64,000 nucleotides of DNA, taken from the NCBI GenBank assembly GCA_965261735.1, contig OZ253470.1, positions 4,032,001 through 4,096,000 on the forward strand. Direction: 5' to 3'. The notes beneath the pieces were generated by a model. The model was not told where the DNA came from and ran no database searches. It saw nothing but the letters and a program-made list of their open reading frames with translations. The position numbers and the translations under genes were made by a program. Origin of the DNA: Alphaproteobacteria bacterium. Lineage in GTDB: Bacteria > Pseudomonadota > Alphaproteobacteria > SHVV01. Positions 21,153 to 31,187 of this stretch are shown here, in pieces. Each line of letters begins with the position of its first letter. The stretch's first letter is position 1.

Positions 21153-21980
21153 ATGCGCGCCGCTTTTGTCGACGTCGACGGTATTCGCACACGCTACCTG
21201 TACGAGGGATCGGGGCCCCCCCTGCTGCTGATCCACGGCCTCGGAATCTCAGCTGACACGTGGTGCCGCAACATCGACGCCCTGGCCGAACGATTCACGG
21301 TGTACGCGCCCGACCTGCCGGGTCACGGCTTTACGGGCTGGCGCGACCTCGATGGGTCGGCATCGTACCCCAAGGTGGTCGAGCATCTGGTCAAATGGAT
21401 CGATGTGCTCGGCATCGACAAGTTCAGCATCGCCGGCAGCTCCTATGGGGCGCTGGTGTCGACGCTCATCTATTTCACCCGCCCCGAGCAGGTCGAGAAG
21501 CTGATCATCATCGGTAGCGGCTCGATGTTTCGCCCCGAGTCGAAGATCGCCGAGGGATTCGGCAAGTCGTACGAGAACGCAACCTCGGCGCTGCGTAATC
21601 CGACCTGGGAGACCTGCCGCCAGCGCATGGCCAACGTATGCTACGACCCGGCTTCCGTGACCGAGGAGGTGCTCCTCATCCAGCTCACGAGCTATGCCCA
21701 ACCCATCATCCTGCACGCCTACGAGCAGTACGCGGCGGCAAACTTCGATGTGGAGCTCACCCGCCCGCATCGCGCGTTTCACCGGCTCGACCAGATCAAG
21801 GTGCCGACGATCGTGATCACTGGACGAGAGGATGTGCGGGCCGAGCTCGAGGACGCGATCGCCGGCGAGAAGCAGATACCCAATTCGGAGCTGGTCATCT
21901 TCGACAAGTGCGGCCACTTGCCGCAGAGCGAGCACCCTGAGTTGTTCAACAAGACGGTCTTGGAGTTTCTGGCCCGGTAG
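21153..21980 (+). CDS. alpha/beta hydrolase, paralogue of 416 and 1293
   Basis: LLLIHG, GSSYG, TGRED, CGHLPQSE. Confidence 0.87.
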   Translation: MRAAFVDVDGIRTRYLYEGSGPPLLLIHGLGISADTWCRNIDALAERFTVYAPDLPGHGFTGWRDLDGSASYPKVVEHLVKWIDVLGIDKFSIAGSSYGALVSTLIYFTRPEQVEKLIIIGSGSMFRPESKIAEGFGKSYENATSALRNPTWETCRQRMANVCYDPASVTEEVLLIQLTSYAQPIILHAYEQYAAANFDVELTRPHRAFHRLDQIKVPTIVITGREDVRAELEDAIAGEKQIPNSELVIFDKCGHLPQSEHPELFNKTVLEFLAR

Positions 21981-22065
21981 GGCGGACCGGGGCCGGCCCA
22001 GTGGTGCGGTGCCGCGCGGCCACGAGGGTCTGGCCGCATGGTGCGGCGGTAGAGGGGTCACGCGC

Positions 22066-23049
22066 ATGACGAAGGCCGTTCGCGTTCACGAGTTTGGCGG
22101 CCCTGAGGTCCTTCGCTACGAGGACGTCGACTTGGCCGATCCCGGCGCCGGCGAGGCGCGCGTCCGCCATACGGCGATCGCGCTCAATTTCGCCGACACC
22201 TGGTATCGCTCAGGCTCCGACCACTATCCGGTGGCGGCACTGCCCTTCACACCCGGACTCGAGGCCGCAGGCGTGGTCGAGGCCGTGGGCGCCGGCGTGA
22301 CGGACATCGCGGTCGGCGCGCGCGTGGTGTACGGTGCCGTCCCGCTCGGTGCGTACGCGGAGGCCCGCAACATGGCCGCCGACCGCCTGGTGGTCCTCCC
22401 CGACACGATCGATGACGAGCAGGCGGGCTCGAGCTTCATCAAGGGTATTACCGCCCAATACCTGCTGAACCGCGCCTATCGGGTCAAGCCCGGTGAGACG
22501 ATTCTGTTTCACGCGATCGCCGGCGGCGTCGGGTTGATCGCCTGTCAGTGGGCCAAGCACCTCGGGGCCACGGTCATCGGCACGGTGAGCAGCGACGCCA
22601 AGGCCGAGCTCGCGCGCGCCCACGGCTGCGACTTTCCCATCGTCTATGGGCGCGAGGACTTCACCGCGCGGGTGAAGGAGATCACCGACGGAGCCGGCGT
22701 CCCGGTGGTGTTCGATTCGGTCGGCAAGGATACCTTCGAAGGCTCCCTCGATTGTCTGATACCGCGCGGCACGATGATCGCCTTCGGACAGAGCTCCGGC
22801 CCGGTACCGCCCTTCGACATCCACGTTCTTGCCGACAAGGGCTCGCTGTACCTAGCGTGGACGACGGGGCGAACCTACAACGGCACTCGAGAGAACTTCG
22901 TGGGCCCGGCCGGTGAGCTATTCGACCTCATCGCCAGGGGTGTCGTGCGCATCGTCGTTAATCAGCGCTATGCGCTCGAGGATGTGGCCACGGCCCACCG
23001 CGACGTCGTGCATCGAAGGACCTCGGGCGCAACCATCCTGTTGCCCTAG
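22066..23049 (+). CDS. qor: NADPH:quinone oxidoreductase (zeta-crystallin/Qor family)
   Basis: FGGPEVL, PGLEAAG, HAIAGGVG, DSVGKDT, FGQSSG, KGSL. Confidence 0.85.
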   Translation: MTKAVRVHEFGGPEVLRYEDVDLADPGAGEARVRHTAIALNFADTWYRSGSDHYPVAALPFTPGLEAAGVVEAVGAGVTDIAVGARVVYGAVPLGAYAEARNMAADRLVVLPDTIDDEQAGSSFIKGITAQYLLNRAYRVKPGETILFHAIAGGVGLIACQWAKHLGATVIGTVSSDAKAELARAHGCDFPIVYGREDFTARVKEITDGAGVPVVFDSVGKDTFEGSLDCLIPRGTMIAFGQSSGPVPPFDIHVLADKGSLYLAWTTGRTYNGTRENFVGPAGELFDLIARGVVRIVVNQRYALEDVATAHRDVVHRRTSGATILLP

Positions 23050-23171
23050 TTCCCCGCCTATCCAGCAGTCATGGGTTGCGATGCGGGGTCGCGGCGCGGC
23101 CCGCCCTCGCGCGTTGCGCCCACCTAAATCCAACAATTCCAAAGCCTTTAGCACTATTAGTTAATTGACCA

Positions 23172-24207
23172 AGCCTTGCCTATCCGGTTTACACCCACAC
23201 CCACTAGGGCTAGAATGGGCGCAACCCGGATATAGGGGAGCGCGCCATGGATGTTCTCGACCGCGCCGATCTCCCATTCCCGCATTCGCTACCCGAGTTC
23301 CAGCGACTTTTCCCCGATGATGCGGCCTGCGCCGCCTACCTGGAGAAAGCCCGCTGGGGAGACGGCTTTGCCTGCCCGCACTGCGGCACGGCGGGAGAGC
23401 CGTTCCACTTTGAAAACCGCCCTGGCGTCCTGCGCTGCCGCAAGTGCCGCCAGAACACCGGGCTGACGGTGGGAACAGTGATGGAGCGTAGCCACACTCC
23501 GCTGAACGTCTGGTTCTGGGCCGCTTATCTGGTCGCCAGTCAGACGCCCGGCATGTCCGCCGTGCAGTTTCAGCGGCAACTTGGTCTTTCGCGCTACGAG
23601 ACGGCCTTTCAAATTCTCCACAAGCTCCGCTCGGGCATGGTGCGGCCCAACCAAGACAGGATCGGTGGACAGCCCAAGAACCATGTTGAGGTGGACGAAA
23701 CCTGGGTTGGCGGGCGAACGCGTGGGGAAGGCCGTGGTGTTTACCACAAGGTTCCCGTCTCCTGTGCCATCGCCGTCGTGCTCGACCGTAGCGCCGAGTC
23801 GCTCTGTGGGTTCGTCGAGAGCACCGTCGCGCCGGGATCGCTGATCGTTACTGACGATTGGAGCGGCTATGCTGGCCTCGGTAAGCGCGGCTATGAGCAC
23901 TTCGCTGTTGCCGAGTGTGGTGATCCAGAGGTTGCCGAGCAATACCTGCCGATCATCCATCTGGTTTTCGCCAACCTGAAGACGTGGCTGATCGGTATCC
24001 ACCACGGCGTTAGCCACCAGCACCTACAAGCCTACCTCAACGAGTTCACCTTCCGCTTCAACAGGCGGTTCTACCCGTTCAACGCCTTCCGCTCATTGCT
24101 CGGCATCGCGGGCGACACCTCTGCTCCAACCTATGCCGAGCTTTACTCGGGAGAGTGGCGGCACCCTACATGTAGCGGTCATGGGCGTTAACCGGATAGG
24201 CAAGGCT
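23172..24207 (+). mobile_element. IS1595-family insertion sequence
   Basis: 18-bp perfect terminal IR AGCCTTGCCTATCCGGTT (23172-23189 / 24190-24207), extendable to about 26 bp; no target duplication visible. Confidence 0.88.
23247..24191 (+). CDS. IS1595-family transposase (zinc ribbon + DDE), probable internal in-frame deletion
   Basis: CPHC..CRKC, VEVDET, VTDDW.GY, HLQAYLNEFTFRFNRR. Confidence 0.9.
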   Translation: MDVLDRADLPFPHSLPEFQRLFPDDAACAAYLEKARWGDGFACPHCGTAGEPFHFENRPGVLRCRKCRQNTGLTVGTVMERSHTPLNVWFWAAYLVASQTPGMSAVQFQRQLGLSRYETAFQILHKLRSGMVRPNQDRIGGQPKNHVEVDETWVGGRTRGEGRGVYHKVPVSCAIAVVLDRSAESLCGFVESTVAPGSLIVTDDWSGYAGLGKRGYEHFAVAECGDPEVAEQYLPIIHLVFANLKTWLIGIHHGVSHQHLQAYLNEFTFRFNRRFYPFNAFRSLLGIAGDTSAPTYAELYSGEWRHPTCSGHGR

Positions 24208-24216
24208 CGTTCCTAA

Positions 24217-25650
24217 GGTCGTGTCCCAGGACGTGGTGTAGGAGTTGTTGGAGCCTCTGTTAGCTGTGGGTAGGCGGCTTGCCGTAGCGACCGCCGAGAG
24301 TCTGGCGTAGGCAAGCCGGCTATCCACAGCGGAGGCCATCGCGGTTCCGGTTTAGGGTTGGGCTAGTGCAAACCAACCTGACCCGAAGGAGAACCACGAT
24401 GACCCAGGACATGATGACCCTGCGCGCGCTTTTGGAGAAGAGCTCCGATGCCGATCTGCTTTGCGAGATGATCGGCTTCACGGCCGAGTGGCTGATGGCA
24501 CTGGAGGTTGAGGGCCTGACCGGCGCCGGGCACGGCGAGCGCTCGGCGGATCGTATCACCCATCGCAACGGCTACCGCGACCGGTCCTGGGAGACGCGGG
24601 CCGGCACGGTCGAGCTGAAGATCCCGAAGCTGAGGAAGGGAAGCTACTTCCCGGGCTTCCTGGAGCCGCGGCGGATGGCCGAGAAGGCGCTGGCTGCGGT
24701 GATCCAGGAGGCCTACATCCAGGGGGTGTCGACCCGCTCGGTCGACGATCTGGTTCAGGCGATGGGGATGTCGGGCGCCTCCAAGAGCCAGGTCTCCAGG
24801 CTGTGCGGCGAGATCGACGATAAGGTCACCGGCTTCCTCGATCGACCGCTGGAGGGCGACTGGCCCTATCTGTGGCTCGACGCCACCTACGTGAAGGTGC
24901 GCCAGACCGGACGCATCGTCTCGGTCGCGGTGACCGTGGCTGTGGCCGTCAACGACCAAGGCCGCCGCGAGGTCCTGGGCGTGGCGATCGGCGCGTCGGA
25001 GGCCGAGACCTTCTGGACCGAGTTCCTGCGCTCGCTGGCCCGGCGCGGGCTGCGCGGCGTGAAGCTGGTGATCTCCGACGACCACAAGGGCCTGAAGGCC
25101 GCCGCGACCCGGATCCTCGGCGCCACATGGCAGCGCTGCCGCGTGCACTTCGCCCGCAACCTGCTGGCCCATGCCGGCCGCCAGGGCCGGCGCGTCGTCT
25201 CCGCCTTCGCCCAGGAGGACGCCGACAGCGCGAAGGTCCAGTGGCGCCAGGTCGCCGACCAGCTCAGGCCCAAGGTGCCCAAGCTGGCAGTTCTCATGGA
25301 CGAAGCCGAGCACGACGTCCTCGCCTACATGAGCTTCCCCAGGGAGCACCGCCAGAAATTGCACTCCACAAACCCGATCGAACGGCTCCATGCCGAGGTC
25401 AAGCGTCGCACCAACGTCGTCGGTATCTTTCCCAACGAAGCCGCCATCACACGGCTCGTCGGCGCCATCCTTCTCGAGCAGAACGACGAGTGGGCCGTCT
25501 CAAGGAGATACATGACGCTGGAATCCATCGCTCCGCTGAGCGATGGTGTCCCCATCACGCTGCCCACCGTGGCAGCCTGAACGTCCCGGCCCTACCCGCC
25601 GGGAGCCGCGTAGAGCGCAACGCTCTTACACCACTCCGCGGGACACGATC
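24217..25650 (+). mobile_element. IS256-family insertion sequence
   Basis: imperfect 28-bp IRs GGTCGTGTCCCAGGACGTGGTGTAGGAG and GATCGTGTCCCGCGGAGTGGTGTAAGAG (reverse complement); no TSD. Confidence 0.85.
24399..25580 (+). CDS. IS256-family transposase
   Basis: [47 protein letters not shown]. Confidence 0.95.
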   Translation: MTQDMMTLRALLEKSSDADLLCEMIGFTAEWLMALEVEGLTGAGHGERSADRITHRNGYRDRSWETRAGTVELKIPKLRKGSYFPGFLEPRRMAEKALAAVIQEAYIQGVSTRSVDDLVQAMGMSGASKSQVSRLCGEIDDKVTGFLDRPLEGDWPYLWLDATYVKVRQTGRIVSVAVTVAVAVNDQGRREVLGVAIGASEAETFWTEFLRSLARRGLRGVKLVISDDHKGLKAAATRILGATWQRCRVHFARNLLAHAGRQGRRVVSAFAQEDADSAKVQWRQVADQLRPKVPKLAVLMDEAEHDVLAYMSFPREHRQKLHSTNPIERLHAEVKRRTNVVGIFPNEAAITRLVGAILLEQNDEWAVSRRYMTLESIAPLSDGVPITLPTVAA

Positions 25651-25907
25651 AAGACGAAGCAGTGGCCAGCGACACGAGGGTCATTGGGAAGACGTGGCGC
25701 TACGTGAACAAGAGGGGAGGACCGGACAGGCGCTTCAAGGATAATCGTGAGTTGCCCGTTGTGCTGTACGGTGAGATCGACTTCGGGAGCGGCTCAGGGG
25801 TGCAGGAGCGTATCCAAGTGTCCAATCCGGAAGCCGGCAAACCGCTGGCGGAGAGTATCAGAGCACTGGCCGCGGCCTTAGTTGAGCGAACGGCGGCGGC
25901 GAATTAA
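25651..25907 (+). pseudogene. C-terminal gene fragment cut by IS256 (resembles the C-terminus of DUF4236-associated proteins)
   Basis: TWRYVNKRGGPDRRFKDNRELP motif; frame begins at the IS256 right end. Confidence 0.55.
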
Positions 25908-26020
25908 GAACTCTGTAGGCGTCATTAACAAAATCCCTATTGTCGGGAGATTCACCCGCAGGGCTTGATTGACGGTCTCCGTGAGGGAGGCACTGCGAGC
26001 GCGCTTTGGCACACCACCTC

Positions 26021-26497
26021 CTACAGCGGCGCGGAGAGGTTGCTGGGGATGGAGTAGGTGTCGGCGAGGACGATCTTTTCCACAAAACGCGGGGCGCCGC
26101 CCTCGAAGGTCACCTTGTCCTCGTACTTGCCGGCGCTGAAGATGATGGTGGTGCCGTCGAGCACGTCGGTGGCGTAGACCACGTAGTTGGCGTGGACGTC
26201 ATGGACGCCGTCGCGCTCGCCGACGATGCGGATGTTGCTGATCAGGTGGCGATAGTAGCGCAGGCTGAACACGGCGGCTTTGCGCAGGATCACGACGCGG
26301 TCGCGCAGCTGGGCCTGGTTGTGGCAGTAGAAAAGGCCGAGCGGCAGTCCCTCCTCGGCGTTCTCGCGCGGCAGGATGTGGTAGACGCAGTCCTCGACGA
26401 AGAAGCCCGGCCACTCCTCGAGGCGGTCGTCGTCGATGCACTGGACGTAGGCGTACTCAATATCGGTGATCTGTTCGCGGATGTTGCCGTTGTCCAT
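26021..26497 (-). CDS. aromatic ring-hydroxylating oxygenase beta subunit, paralogue 2
   Basis: YVQCIDDDRLEEWP, PREN, LRDRV, GKYED, PSNLSAPL; GAGG upstream of ATG 26497. Confidence 0.9.
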   Translation of the reverse strand: MDNGNIREQITDIEYAYVQCIDDDRLEEWPGFFVEDCVYHILPRENAEEGLPLGLFYCHNQAQLRDRVVILRKAAVFSLRYYRHLISNIRIVGERDGVHDVHANYVVYATDVLDGTTIIFSAGKYEDKVTFEGGAPRFVEKIVLADTYSIPSNLSAPL

Positions 26498-26505
26498 GGT
26501 CGGCC

Positions 26506-27789
26506 TCACTCGGCCGCTTGGCGCGCCGCTTTGCCGCCGGGCTTGTAGCCCATGAGCTGGCAGTAGTGGCGCCAGAAGCCGCGAACCGTCATCTCCGAAA
26601 CCAGGTGATCCTCGGTGACGATCTCGCCGCGCCCACCCATCTCGATGAAGGAGTGCTCGCGGCCGCGGCGGCGGATGCCGCGCTGGGCGAGGATACCGAC
26701 CTCACCGTCCTCCATGTTGTTGTAGCCCGCCGGGCCCACCATGTTGGCCTGCTGCAGGCGCTTCTGGCGCAGCTCTGCATCGTCGTCCGTATAGCCGAAA
26801 TAGATCCAGTAGAGCTCGAACTCGTTGGCGCTCTTGGGGCGCAGCTGCTCGAGCTCAAGCACGTTGCCGACCTGCGCGAACAGGCAGTTGGGGAAGATGT
26901 TGGAAACCCGAACCGACTGCCCATCGCCGACCTCGTCGCGCCAGCCGACGAAGGCCATGTCCTCGAGCTCCAACGGGTTGGCGATCTGATCACCGAGCTC
27001 GGTATCGCCGTAGCCCTCCTCGATCACCTCGGTCGAGTCGCTGTCGGCATAGAGGTAGGCCACGCTGTGGCGCCCGAGCTTGTCGGGAATGCGGGCGCCC
27101 GCCTGCGTGACCCGGTGGAGACCGAACATCGCCGCCAGCTGATGCAGCAGGCCGGCGTGGTAGCCGTCGCCGTAGTTCTCGTAATAGAGCTTCCAGTTGT
27201 TGGGAAAGCGCTGCCGGCGGTAGCCCAAGATCTCGATCGGCTTCATGAAGGTGCGATCGAGGAAGTCGCGGAGCGGCTCGTCGAGGAATTCGTCGAGCGG
27301 CTCGACCGAGTCATCGAAGGTGCCGAAGATCGCCTCGCGGTAACTCGCGACCTTGAGCTTGCGCAGTCCGTGCTCGCTCTTGTCGAAGTCCTCCGGCATT
27401 CCGCCCTTGCCGCCGAGCCCGCGCTGGAACGGGACGCCGATGAGGTCACCACGCAGGTCGTAGCACCAGCGATGGTAGACGCAGGTGTAGTTCTCGGCGT
27501 TGCCCTTGCGGTCGCGCACCACCATGGTGCCGCGATGGGCGCAACTGTTGACGAAGGCGTGTACGGAGCCATCCTCCGCGCGGCTGACCACGATCGGGCA
27601 ATCGCCGGCGTAGGTCGTGATGTAGTCGCCGGGGTTGGGGAGTTGCGCGTGGAGCCCGAGAAACAGCCACACCGGCCCTTGAAAAACCAGCTCCTGCTCG
27701 CGCTCGTAGACGTCCTCGTCGAGGAACACCGCGTAGGGCACGCGGCTGAAATCGGCCGCGGGCCAAATCAGGTCGTTCGAGCTTGCCAT
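26506..27789 (-). CDS. Rieske oxygenase alpha subunit (NagG-like), paralogue 2
   Basis: NSCAHRG..CVYH; NWKLYYEN..DGYHAGLLH; MEDGE. Confidence 0.92.
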   Translation of the reverse strand: MASSNDLIWPAADFSRVPYAVFLDEDVYEREQELVFQGPVWLFLGLHAQLPNPGDYITTYAGDCPIVVSRAEDGSVHAFVNSCAHRGTMVVRDRKGNAENYTCVYHRWCYDLRGDLIGVPFQRGLGGKGGMPEDFDKSEHGLRKLKVASYREAIFGTFDDSVEPLDEFLDEPLRDFLDRTFMKPIEILGYRRQRFPNNWKLYYENYGDGYHAGLLHQLAAMFGLHRVTQAGARIPDKLGRHSVAYLYADSDSTEVIEEGYGDTELGDQIANPLELEDMAFVGWRDEVGDGQSVRVSNIFPNCLFAQVGNVLELEQLRPKSANEFELYWIYFGYTDDDAELRQKRLQQANMVGPAGYNNMEDGEVGILAQRGIRRRGREHSFIEMGGRGEIVTEDHLVSEMTVRGFWRHYCQLMGYKPGGKAARQAAE

Positions 27790-27870
27790 TGCCTCTCCCC
27801 TGTTCTTACCGCCGGCCGCGCCGCGGTGCCGCCGGCCGCGGTGCGACCGTCAGCGCCGCGTGCGCACCAT

Positions 27871-28896
27871 CTAGTCGGCGAGATAATCGTTGGTGAAGTA
27901 GTTCGAAACATCCTCGTTCTTGGTCACCAGCTTGTTCTTCATCGCCCATGCCTGAGCGGCCTTCCACACCGCGGCCTCCTGGCGAAACACCTTGCCGTTC
28001 CGATCCGTCCACTGATCGGCGTTGGCTTCGGTGATCTTGCCGTGTTGCTCGATCGTGAAGATCTCGTTCTTGGCCGCCATTTCCTTGTTCACGGGCCCCG
28101 GATTGCTGGCGAAGGACCGGTAGCCGCGGGCCGTGGCCCGAAGGAAACGACAGGCGCTGCCCGGATTCTGCCTCGTCCAATTCTCGTTGGCCGCCATTAC
28201 GATGTAGTAGAAATCCGGTACGCCGTTGTCGCGGAAGTGCAGAAAACGGAGCGGCGGCTTGCCTTCCTTGGCGAGAATGTCCTTGGCGATGATGGGTTCG
28301 GCATTTTCCAGCATGTAGGCGGCGTCAATCTTGCCGGTCACGAGCAGCTCAATTGCGCCGAAACCGGGGTCGATGAACTTGACGTCGCTCTCGCTGAGGC
28401 CGGCCGACGCCAGCGCCGAGCGCGTCATCGCCAGGGCAGAGGGCAGTGCGTTCACGCCGATGATCTTGCCCTTGAGGTCGGCTGGCGAGGTAATGCTCGA
28501 ATCGCCGAGCACGCCGAGGCCGAGCGGCAGCGGCCGAAGCATGACGGCGACACTGTGAATGGGGATGTTCTCCTCGCGCGCGGCCATGATCATCGAGGCC
28601 TCGACGAGGCTGAACTCGGCGCGGCCGGCCGACACCATCTTGAGCTGGTCGGCGACGTTGGCCGGCGCCACCAGGTCCACTTCCAGCCCTTCCTCCTTGT
28701 AGTAGCCGTTCTGCTGCGCGGCGAAAATGGGGCCCTGAACCGACCACGGTAGCCAGTCGCCGATGACCGTGATCTTGGCCTGTTCCGCCGCGACATCGCA
28801 GGCACCCGCGCTCGCGGGTGACGTCGCGACGCCGCTCAGGGCAGCCGAAAGAAACAGAAGCGACACGAGTCGGGTGATGGGCTTTAGCTTCACCAT
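27871..28896 (-). CDS. ABC substrate-binding protein, NMT1/THI5 (SsuA/ThiY-like) family
   Basis: signal peptide; DWLP, A..NGYYKEEGLEV, DLKGKIIG, GVPDFY. Confidence 0.85.
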   Translation of the reverse strand: MVKLKPITRLVSLLFLSAALSGVATSPASAGACDVAAEQAKITVIGDWLPWSVQGPIFAAQQNGYYKEEGLEVDLVAPANVADQLKMVSAGRAEFSLVEASMIMAAREENIPIHSVAVMLRPLPLGLGVLGDSSITSPADLKGKIIGVNALPSALAMTRSALASAGLSESDVKFIDPGFGAIELLVTGKIDAAYMLENAEPIIAKDILAKEGKPPLRFLHFRDNGVPDFYYIVMAANENWTRQNPGSACRFLRATARGYRSFASNPGPVNKEMAAKNEIFTIEQHGKITEANADQWTDRNGKVFRQEAAVWKAAQAWAMKNKLVTKNEDVSNYFTNDYLAD

Positions 28897-29212
28897 GATT
28901 GGGTTCCTCCCATGCTGAGCGACGCACGGATTCCGTCACGGATTTTCGACTCTGCGCGCGCACGTACTCACCGCGTTCGCCACACCGAGTGCCGCCGGGA
29001 TACGCGGCGGCCGAAGCGTCGTCTGGCCGCACAAATGCTGAAAACTACAGGATGGTTAATGCTACGCCGATGTCGGCGAGATTACAAATTTCGCTATCGC
29101 GCGCCCCGCGCGGGCGCGGCCCGTGGTTGACGTGCCCCAGCGAAACGTAGAGCATGGGCGCCACTTGCCGGCACCGCCGGCAATCTCCTTTTGGCAGGCC
29201 GGGAGACGATCC

Positions 29213-30367
29213 ATGGCGTCGAACGTTTCCGCGATGCGGGCCGAGGACAGGTTCAACTTCGACCCCGAGCTCTCCTACACGCTGCCCGGCCACTACTACT
29301 ACGACCGAGAGATTTTCGAGCGCGAGAAGGAAGAGATCTGGTCCAAGACCTGGCAGCTGGTGGGCTATGGCGCGGATCTCAAGGAGCCGGGCGACTACAT
29401 CACCAACGATATCCTCGACCAAAAGGTGTTCGTGACGCGCGCCAAGGACGGGCGTTTGCGCGCCTTCTATAACGTGTGCATGCACCGCGGTCATATCCTG
29501 CTCGAGGGCAAGGGCAACGTGCGCATGATCACGTGCCCGTTCCACGCCTGGACCTACGACCTCGAGGGCAACCTCAAGGCGGCCGGCAATTCGGAGAACG
29601 TCGCCGGGTTCGACGCGGGCGATTTCTGCCTACCCGAGATCCAGGTCGAGGAGCTCCTCAACATGGTGTTCGTCAACCTCGATGCGCAAGCCGCGTCGCT
29701 CGCCAGCATGGTGCCGGGCTTCGCGGAGGACGTTCGCGCCACCGTTCCCTACTTCGACGAGCTCGTGCTCGCCCGACACGACGACTACGCCAACTTCAAA
29801 TGCAACTGGAAATTCATTCCTGACCAGAACGAGTGCTACCACTGCCCGCATCTGCACCCCGACGTGATGGGCTCGGAGGACTCGTACATGGAGCCGAGCT
29901 GGGAATCGACCGAATACGACTATTGGGCCAAGCACTTCATTCTCGGTAACCGCAACGTCAAGGAAGAGCACAAGCCTTACGACTTCGGTCCCGACGCCGT
30001 CCTCCTCGACGTCAACATCTGGTGGCTCTGGCCCAACCTCATCTTCCTCGCCCATCAGGGGCCGAGCAACTTCAAGGTCACGCGAGTCATGCCGGCGGAG
30101 CCGGAGGAGACCCATCAGACCATCGACAATTTCTGCCTCAACGCGACGCCCAACGCTTACGACGTCGGTACGATGGACAATTACCGTGACGTCGTCATGC
30201 CGCAGGACGTGAGCGCCATGGAGCGTCAGCAGCTCGGCGTCCACGCCCGCGGCTACACGCAGGGCCGTCTCATGGTCGACAAGGAACGCTCGTGGCGCAG
30301 CGAGTATGGCACCCACCACCTCGATCGGCTGGTGTGGCTCGCCGTCAATCGCCCGCGCAACGCGTAG
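29213..30367 (+). CDS. Rieske oxygenase alpha subunit of CntA/YeaW/choline-monooxygenase type
   Basis: FYNVCMHRGH..CPFHAW; NWK...ECYHCPHLHP with bridging Glu; YTQGRLMVD...SEYG tail. Confidence 0.85.
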   Translation: MASNVSAMRAEDRFNFDPELSYTLPGHYYYDREIFEREKEEIWSKTWQLVGYGADLKEPGDYITNDILDQKVFVTRAKDGRLRAFYNVCMHRGHILLEGKGNVRMITCPFHAWTYDLEGNLKAAGNSENVAGFDAGDFCLPEIQVEELLNMVFVNLDAQAASLASMVPGFAEDVRATVPYFDELVLARHDDYANFKCNWKFIPDQNECYHCPHLHPDVMGSEDSYMEPSWESTEYDYWAKHFILGNRNVKEEHKPYDFGPDAVLLDVNIWWLWPNLIFLAHQGPSNFKVTRVMPAEPEETHQTIDNFCLNATPNAYDVGTMDNYRDVVMPQDVSAMERQQLGVHARGYTQGRLMVDKERSWRSEYGTHHLDRLVWLAVNRPRNA

Positions 30368-30389
30368 ATTCGGATCAGGAGACCAAGCG

Positions 30390-31166
30390 ATGGCGCGGCG
30401 CGTGAAGCAGACCAAGAAAGTCGCGGTCGTCACCGGAGGCGGCACGGGCCTCGGTCGTGATGCCGCCAATCGGCTAACGCGCGACGGCTTTGCCGTCGCG
30501 GTCATCGGCCGGCGGGCGAACCGGCTGAAGCCGCGGCGCGGCGAGACGCTGCATCCCTACGTTTGCGACGTTGCCGAGGTCGGCGAGATCAAGGAAACGG
30601 TCAAGGGGATCCTGCGCGACCTCGGCCGTATCGACGTTCTGGTCAACAACGCCGGCGTGGTGCGCCGCGAGCTCGCCGAGGACGTCACGCAGGAGAACCT
30701 GAACTTCACCATTGGCGTCAACCTGCTCGGCACGATGAACTTCTCGCTCGCGTGCCTGCCCGCGCTGAAGAAGACCAAGGGCTCGATCATCAACATCAGC
30801 TCGAGCCTGACCTATTGCCCGGCTCCCGAATATCTCGCCTACTGCGCCTCGAAGGGCGGCGTCGATGCCTTCACCAAGGCGCTGGCGGTCGAGCTCGCGC
30901 CGCACCGCATCCGCGTCAACGCGATCAGCCCGTCGCTGGTGCGCAGCGAAATCTTCCAACCTGACGGGATGTCGAAGCGTGAGTACGACGCGAACTTCAA
31001 GCGGCTCGGCAAGACGTACTTTCTCCTGGGGCGCTCCGGCGAGCCCGAGGATGTCTCGGCCCTGATCTCGTATCTCGCCTCCGACGATTCGTCGTGGATG
31101 ACGGGGGTCAATATTCCGCTCGACGGCGGCGAGAGCGTCGGCTCCGCGTCCCGCTTCGCGGGGTGA
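30390..31166 (+). CDS. short-chain dehydrogenase/reductase
   Basis: TGGGTGLG, NNAG, YCASKGG, IRVNAISP, DGG. Confidence 0.92.
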   Translation: MARRVKQTKKVAVVTGGGTGLGRDAANRLTRDGFAVAVIGRRANRLKPRRGETLHPYVCDVAEVGEIKETVKGILRDLGRIDVLVNNAGVVRRELAEDVTQENLNFTIGVNLLGTMNFSLACLPALKKTKGSIINISSSLTYCPAPEYLAYCASKGGVDAFTKALAVELAPHRIRVNAISPSLVRSEIFQPDGMSKREYDANFKRLGKTYFLLGRSGEPEDVSALISYLASDDSSWMTGVNIPLDGGESVGSASRFAG

Positions 31167-31187
31167 TCGCACGCGGCCAGCGCGGCG

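Noticed and set aside
25916-25990. Possible IS end (TAGGCGTCATTAACAAAA)
   Set aside because: No associated transposase or convincing partner repeat
26518-28752. 744-aa plus-strand ORF
   Set aside because: Antisense shadow of the Rieske alpha and SBP genes; no motifs, and typical of high-GC codon bias
28897-29212. TPP riboswitch upstream of the NMT1/THI5 gene
   Set aside because: No CTGAGA...ACCTGA core on the minus strand
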